Assembly: GCA_029838215.1 (NCBI GenBank)
Contig: JALGVI010000005.1
Span: 1 to 52,909 of the forward strand
Length of the DNA stretch: 52,909 nucleotides
Direction: 5' to 3'
Source of the DNA: Candidatus Helarchaeota archaeon
Lineage (GTDB): Archaea; Asgardarchaeota; Lokiarchaeia; Helarchaeales; RDOG01
Part shown: positions 48,165 through 52,909 of the stretch, one piece after another
Numbering within the stretch: the first letter of the stretch is position 1
Layout: each line of letters opens with the position of its first letter
The notes under the pieces: generated by a model
What the model was told of the DNA's origin: nothing
The model's database searches: none
What the model saw: the letters and a program-made list of their open reading frames with translations, nothing else
Position numbers and translations under genes: made by a program

Positions 48165-51100
48165 ATGGTTGTAGCAGGACTAAAAAAACATTGGATGAGA
48201 GTCATTATCATCACGGCGATGTTTCTTGGTGCAGGACTGGTCCCAACCTTCATTGAAACGCAAATTCTACCGATGGCACAAACGATTACTCTCCTAGATG
48301 ATTACGTTGATCCCAATAGCCCCGTCATAATTGACGTTGAAAAGCTCTTGAACGACATTGATAGCTTAGAAATGGTGCAAGCATTGAGCGATGACAAGCA
48401 AACTACACTAAGAGTCACTCTCAAGGTCGTCAACAACAAGACAAACCTCTATCCAATGAAAATACCTGCGGTTAACTTGGACATATACTATAAAGCAGGT
48501 CGACCGTATTATAAGGACTCTGAGATTTTGGTTCAGTTCAAGCAAGATTCACAATTTCGGAATGTAACGGAATTATACGAGGCTAATGATCTCTCCTTGG
48601 AATATGATTATTACTCGTGGGTTCGAGTAATGAACATACATATTCCAATGGATTACGTGATCTTGAATACAGGACAATCTCAACTAATTGAACTGTATCT
48701 CACGTTACATACGAATGGTGAAGAAGAAGGTAATGCCTTAAGTCAAATGCTTGGAAACCTCATACGAACTCAAAAAATCTCTCCGGATTCCTTATACATT
48801 AAAGGTGTGGTAAGCATCGGAGGCATTCAGATGCCCATCGACACGGACCCCGTGTCTTTGATCGGTGAAGAAATCTCATTCGCAGATATGAGTGCTGGCG
48901 GAACGGGAGATCTTTCGAGCATGATGACGCCCCTATTGGCCTTATTGCTCGATGAAACACCACGATCTCTAATTAGCTCGATCTTGGGTGATTTGGGAAG
49001 ATTCATTCACCTTGCTGATATCCGCAATTACAATGACACGAACGGCAACGGCTATCGTGACTGGAATGATATTAACGGGGATGGTCTTAAAGGAGCCGAT
49101 GAATCCTTTTCCGAGCCGTTATTAGAAAATGGAACTTTCTATGCATCTGTATTCTTAAAACTGAGGGATTTATTAGCTGTTGATAATTTAGATATTGGAA
49201 TTCCGGCTAGTAAATGGAATATAGAAGAAGGACAAATTGCAGGTGATCCAAAAGGAAAAATTGAAGCTTCTATTTCCGAAAATTCAATTTGGGGAACCTC
49301 CGATCAGCAATTACTTCTCTATCTTCCCGACACGGCAGCAGAAGCTTACAATAAAACAAATTGGAAAAATCGTGTCATGGCTTGTATTGGATTCCCCGAA
49401 ACCACACTCGATATGGATAATGTAATTGGACCACGAAGAACTCCCGGTGGAAATTATACGATTCCGCTTTATCTCGGAGCCAATCTCAAAATATGCGGTG
49501 ATGCTCGCTCTAGTTCTGAATTTGGTCCGGGTGATGCTATTGGTGCTCTCTTAGAAATGTTTCTTGATGATGAAGACCGCGGCTTATACTTGGGCATAAT
49601 GGGTAATATAAAAATAAAACTTGGACAAATGCCATTAAGTATTTCATTCGATTTGCCGCTAGATCTTGGTCAATTGATGGGTTCTGAAGAGACTCAAGAA
49701 ACCGAGTCTTCTGATGGTGCCTTAAGTGGAATGATGGATATTTTAGGATCATTTACTGATTACTTCGGTATAACCGACATTCAATTACACGGTGCTGCCA
49801 TTGATACTTTCAACCAAGTTCTTCAAACAAACGTTACTCTCATAATGGATAACAGTGAATCTGATGATAAAGATGGTGGATTTTTCTTCCCGTATGGTCT
49901 ATATTTCCCACAAAATGAAGACGAAGCCGAAAACTTCCTCGCCATTACTGGAGGACCTCTTCAGCTATTCAATCAGACATTGCCTGATGGGTTCGATTCT
50001 TGGAGCGATACGGCTAAAGACAACTGGTATAAAGACCATCTAGTCATGAATTTCTCCATTGATTCTCGAACGATGGAAGAATCGCTCAAGCACGTTTTAA
50101 TTAAACTGGGAAGCATTAATAATGGAATGGGTATCGCTTATAATTTTAAATCTCCAGTAAAAAGACAACCTTATGTCATCGGTTCATATTCTACATTTTC
50201 TACTGGATATTATAGCAACACAATGGAACTCCTTTTAAACGATGAAATGATCAATCCTGAAGAAGAATATCGCACTAAATTCGAAATGACCATCGATCAG
50301 CTCCGGTTGGACTTGAATGATCTCTTTCCTGAATTTGGTGAAGGCTTTAAAGGATTATTGACAGATCTAGACATCAATCCGACACTTATTGATTATCTGA
50401 ATAAATCGTTAGATGATTGGGGTACTCGAACTGGTAAAGGAAGTGGTGTAGGTGATACTGGAACGCTCATGGATTTCCTGAGCCTCGATCCGACACTTTT
50501 CATGTCACTCTTAAACCAACCCGGTGAGGATAATGACCTTCTAGAATTCATGGTTGATGAAGGATACCTTAACCAAACTCACAGCACGTTCAATCTGACG
50601 GCTCTCGTGGAGGGTATCCTAAACATAGCCGGTGATGACCTGCTTAGTCCATCCTCTTCAGGTTCTGGAGGCGAAGAAACTGACTTATTTGAACTTCTTA
50701 TCGATGTCTTAGATGCATCTGGTCTGAAGTTTGACGAGTTGATTCCTGTTCTTTTCGACTTCCTACGACGTGAAATGTCCTACGAATATGGTATAAAGCC
50801 ATTTGAACTCATGGATGTTGTTATGAACGCGCTAGGGTTCTCCGATCTACTCGGATCTATTTCTGGCGGTGGCTCTTCTGGAGCTCCATTGTCCATCTCC
50901 GAAGAAAGCCTCGACACATTGTTTGATTACGTTATTGACCTTCTCTCTGTTATTGAACCGTTTGACTTGGTTTATACCTTCATGAATGATCCATTGCCAT
51001 ACATGGATTACCTAAACAGAAGTGGCTTACTATCTGAAGGATTCCTCTTGCCATTAATCATCAGTCTCTTTGAGGGTGGTCAAGCTGGTGGGATGGAATT

Positions 51101-52909
51101 AGATTTAGGTCCGATTTTACGGAATATAGGTGATGTCCTTGATCCAATACTCTTTGGAGAACCTGAATTTGGTATCAATCCAGTAAATCTACTGTCTCTA
51201 TTACAATCTCCTGAATCAGTCACTAAAAATGGTTCAAGCCTGACAACGCAATTATTGGATTACGTTTTAAATCTGGGTGCAGGCGATAAAGTCTATTACT
51301 CAGGTGCGGCTTCTTACCTTGCAGATATGCCCCCATATTATGGATTGCGCTTGCTTGGAAAAATGGTATATGCATTGATGCAAGCAGGTCTTGATTCTAA
51401 TATGCTTTACCAATTACTTGCTGATATGGGTATTCTTGATTTATCTGGCATGCAAGGTGGTGCCATTAGTGGACCCGGTGCCGGCGAAAGCGAAGATCTT
51501 TTAGGAGGTCTTGGCGATGTGGCATCTTTGATTTCTGTCATGGGATATTTAGTTCCTCCTGGCGAATGGGCTTCGCTCCTGCGTGAGCTCGGCATCTGGA
51601 GTGATTGGGTGGGAGACATGGTAATGTACATGGATCCTGCTTATGTTGATATCTATGGCGCGATTAATCGTAATCCATTTTACTTACTGACATTTCAACT
51701 GGGTGATTTAATTAACCCGATGCTTGAAAACTTGCGTTTATTGAACTTGAAGAAGTTCCTTGCAACTGGAAAATTGGAAGTCATGACTGGCTTCGGTGGT
51801 CTGGCAACTGAATCATTTGATCTTGGCTTATCTCTCGCACTTCAGGAAAATCAATCGTACGGAAATCCCTACTATTATCAACGCGGTTATGATTCTAGTG
51901 CTTACGATAATTATAATCGCGGTCCATATCATGAGTACTATAATGCAAACGTGCAAATATTGCCCGGTGATCCAGGACCTAATGGTTGGTGTGATAACTG
52001 GGGATGGGTACCACTCGGCTGGGATCCTGGCTGGTACAGTCTATATGATGGTGAAACAGCAGGCGATCCCTCGAGAAATTGGACATCCCATACTAGTAGC
52101 GAGTATAAAACTTCATTCTTAACTGATCTCATTGGAAATTTACCTCTATCGATCGATATCGATATTCCTGAATTTGTTTTAGACTTCACGGATCCTCCAA
52201 TGGTCGAAGATTTAGAGATTTATGTCCAAATATTTAGCATTCTTGGAATTGAAATAGGGGCATACATCTATCTGACATTGGGTATTTACTTGTGGATTGC
52301 AATGCAAACATCAATTCGCTTACGAATGGAAGGCAACATCGGTGCTCTGGTTGAACGAATGCAAGACGAAGGTTTGGGAATTCTTGGACTTGCAAGGCAC
52401 TTTGCTGGTGGAGATATGAACACTTTGATTGCTGACTTGATGGGTGACATGACATCGTTAGGTGAACCTACCGAAGAAGAAGGAACAAGCACGTACGATG
52501 AATTATTTGATGCTATCTTTAATGATATGCCGACCTTGATTTCAGCATTCTTTGATGCAGATACTGATCTCTATCATTACGTGCAGTATCTTCTCGACCC
52601 AAAGTTCATGCCGGCACAAACATGGTATCTTGATGGCGGTTATCAAAAGTGGGACGTCACGTTTGAAACCACTGATCCTACGCCACAAGAAGTAACAATT
52701 AGTAATCCTGTTGAAGTCTCGCTATACTGGGATGTAGATTGGACTAATTTCGACTTCAGTGCTTTACCTGATGCAGAACCATCTTGGCCAACGGGATACA
52801 ACGTTACTCAGACACCATACTTTGGTGATGATGATCAGATACCTGATGAATATCCGTGGTATCGATTCACGCGACCCGTGTATAACCAAGAAAATCCCGA
52901 TAGTGGACC
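48165..52909 (+). CDS. Very large (>1580 aa) exported/membrane-anchored acidic protein with LEA-2-like beta domains; truncated by the window edge
   Basis: Absent from the ORF track because there is no stop. Manual translation from ATG 48165 (MVVAGLKKHWMRVIIITAMFLGAGLVP) is still in frame at the end of the window (...YRFTRPVYNQENPDSG). Confidence 0.85.
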   Translation, partial: MVVAGLKKHWMRVIIITAMFLGAGLVPTFIETQILPMAQTITLLDDYVDPNSPVIIDVEKLLNDIDSLEMVQALSDDKQTTLRVTLKVVNNKTNLYPMKIPAVNLDIYYKAGRPYYKDSEILVQFKQDSQFRNVTELYEANDLSLEYDYYSWVRVMNIHIPMDYVILNTGQSQLIELYLTLHTNGEEEGNALSQMLGNLIRTQKISPDSLYIKGVVSIGGIQMPIDTDPVSLIGEEISFADMSAGGTGDLSSMMTPLLALLLDETPRSLISSILGDLGRFIHLADIRNYNDTNGNGYRDWNDINGDGLKGADESFSEPLLENGTFYASVFLKLRDLLAVDNLDIGIPASKWNIEEGQIAGDPKGKIEASISENSIWGTSDQQLLLYLPDTAAEAYNKTNWKNRVMACIGFPETTLDMDNVIGPRRTPGGNYTIPLYLGANLKICGDARSSSEFGPGDAIGALLEMFLDDEDRGLYLGIMGNIKIKLGQMPLSISFDLPLDLGQLMGSEETQETESSDGALSGMMDILGSFTDYFGITDIQLHGAAIDTFNQVLQTNVTLIMDNSESDDKDGGFFFPYGLYFPQNEDEAENFLAITGGPLQLFNQTLPDGFDSWSDTAKDNWYKDHLVMNFSIDSRTMEESLKHVLIKLGSINNGMGIAYNFKSPVKRQPYVIGSYSTFSTGYYSNTMELLLNDEMINPEEEYRTKFEMTIDQLRLDLNDLFPEFGEGFKGLLTDLDINPTLIDYLNKSLDDWGTRTGKGSGVGDTGTLMDFLSLDPTLFMSLLNQPGEDNDLLEFMVDEGYLNQTHSTFNLTALVEGILNIAGDDLLSPSSSGSGGEETDLFELLIDVLDASGLKFDELIPVLFDFLRREMSYEYGIKPFELMDVVMNALGFSDLLGSISGGGSSGAPLSISEESLDTLFDYVIDLLSVIEPFDLVYTFMNDPLPYMDYLNRSGLLSEGFLLPLIISLFEGGQAGGMELDLGPILRNIGDVLDPILFGEPEFGINPVNLLSLLQSPESVTKNGSSLTTQLLDYVLNLGAGDKVYYSGAASYLADMPPYYGLRLLGKMVYALMQAGLDSNMLYQLLADMGILDLSGMQGGAISGPGAGESEDLLGGLGDVASLISVMGYLVPPGEWASLLRELGIWSDWVGDMVMYMDPAYVDIYGAINRNPFYLLTFQLGDLINPMLENLRLLNLKKFLATGKLEVMTGFGGLATESFDLGLSLALQENQSYGNPYYYQRGYDSSAYDNYNRGPYHEYYNANVQILPGDPGPNGWCDNWGWVPLGWDPGWYSLYDGETAGDPSRNWTSHTSSEYKTSFLTDLIGNLPLSIDIDIPEFVLDFTDPPMVEDLEIYVQIFSILGIEIGAYIYLTLGIYLWIAMQTSIRLRMEGNIGALVERMQDEGLGILGLARHFAGGDMNTLIADLMGDMTSLGEPTEEEGTSTYDELFDAIFNDMPTLISAFFDADTDLYHYVQYLLDPKFMPAQTWYLDGGYQKWDVTFETTDPTPQEVTISNPVEVSLYWDVDWTNFDFSALPDAEPSWPTGYNVTQTPYFGDDDQIPDEYPWYRFTRPVYNQENPDSG

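Noticed and set aside
693-52492. Numerous 60-160 aa ORFs in the track that lie antisense or out of frame inside larger genes (e.g. 693-974, 12127-12525, 16955-17353, 22555-23028, 28787-29140, 43385-43765, 51796-52122)
   Set aside because: Shadow ORFs of well-supported genes, with no recognisable motifs.
1-52909. Intact transposases, integrases, rRNA or selenoprotein (in-frame TGA) genes
   Set aside because: No such motifs were seen, and the recognised enzymes are full length without internal TGA.

Overview
Archaeal chromosomal window, most likely an Asgard (Lokiarchaeia-like) genome. This is an inference from the degenerate small GTPase, the adaptin-appendage-like protein, the insertion-bearing Trm112, the giant membrane-anchored surface proteins and the BHB-intron tRNA. 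It holds about 40 credible CDS. Two of them run off the window edges and are absent from the ORF track: a GH36 alpha-galactosidase at <1-1339 (-) and a >1580-aa exported protein at 48165->52909 (+). Left part (1-14 kb): housekeeping and lipid genes, including a Grs-family B12 radical SAM, an NrdG-type activase, UbiX, a ferredoxin, a HAD phosphatase, a divergent thymidylate kinase, a tRNA-Gln(UUG) with two BHB introns, Trm112, DUF354 and AglH. Middle (14.8-28.7 kb): an AT-rich surface-glycan island for a nonulosonate-type sugar, with a WbuX amidotransferase, a HisF-HisH fusion, two CMP-transferases, a NANS-like NeuB, a KdsC-like phosphatase, a PtmA-like SDR, an aldehyde dehydrogenase, a transketolase, methyltransferases and a GT-B transferase. 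Then housekeeping genes (class V aminotransferase, DUF62, NadM, MGMT, RtcA) and a 2006-aa surface protein. Right part (39.6-47.2 kb): the best candidate for an undescribed system, a divergent locus coupling a monodomain class II terpene-cyclase-like protein (DTDS motif, QW repeats), a UbiA prenyltransferase, a B12 radical SAM and membrane/GT-C-like proteins, i.e. a possible meroterpenoid or cyclic isoprenoid lipid pathway. All family assignments come from motif recognition by eye; no database searches were run.
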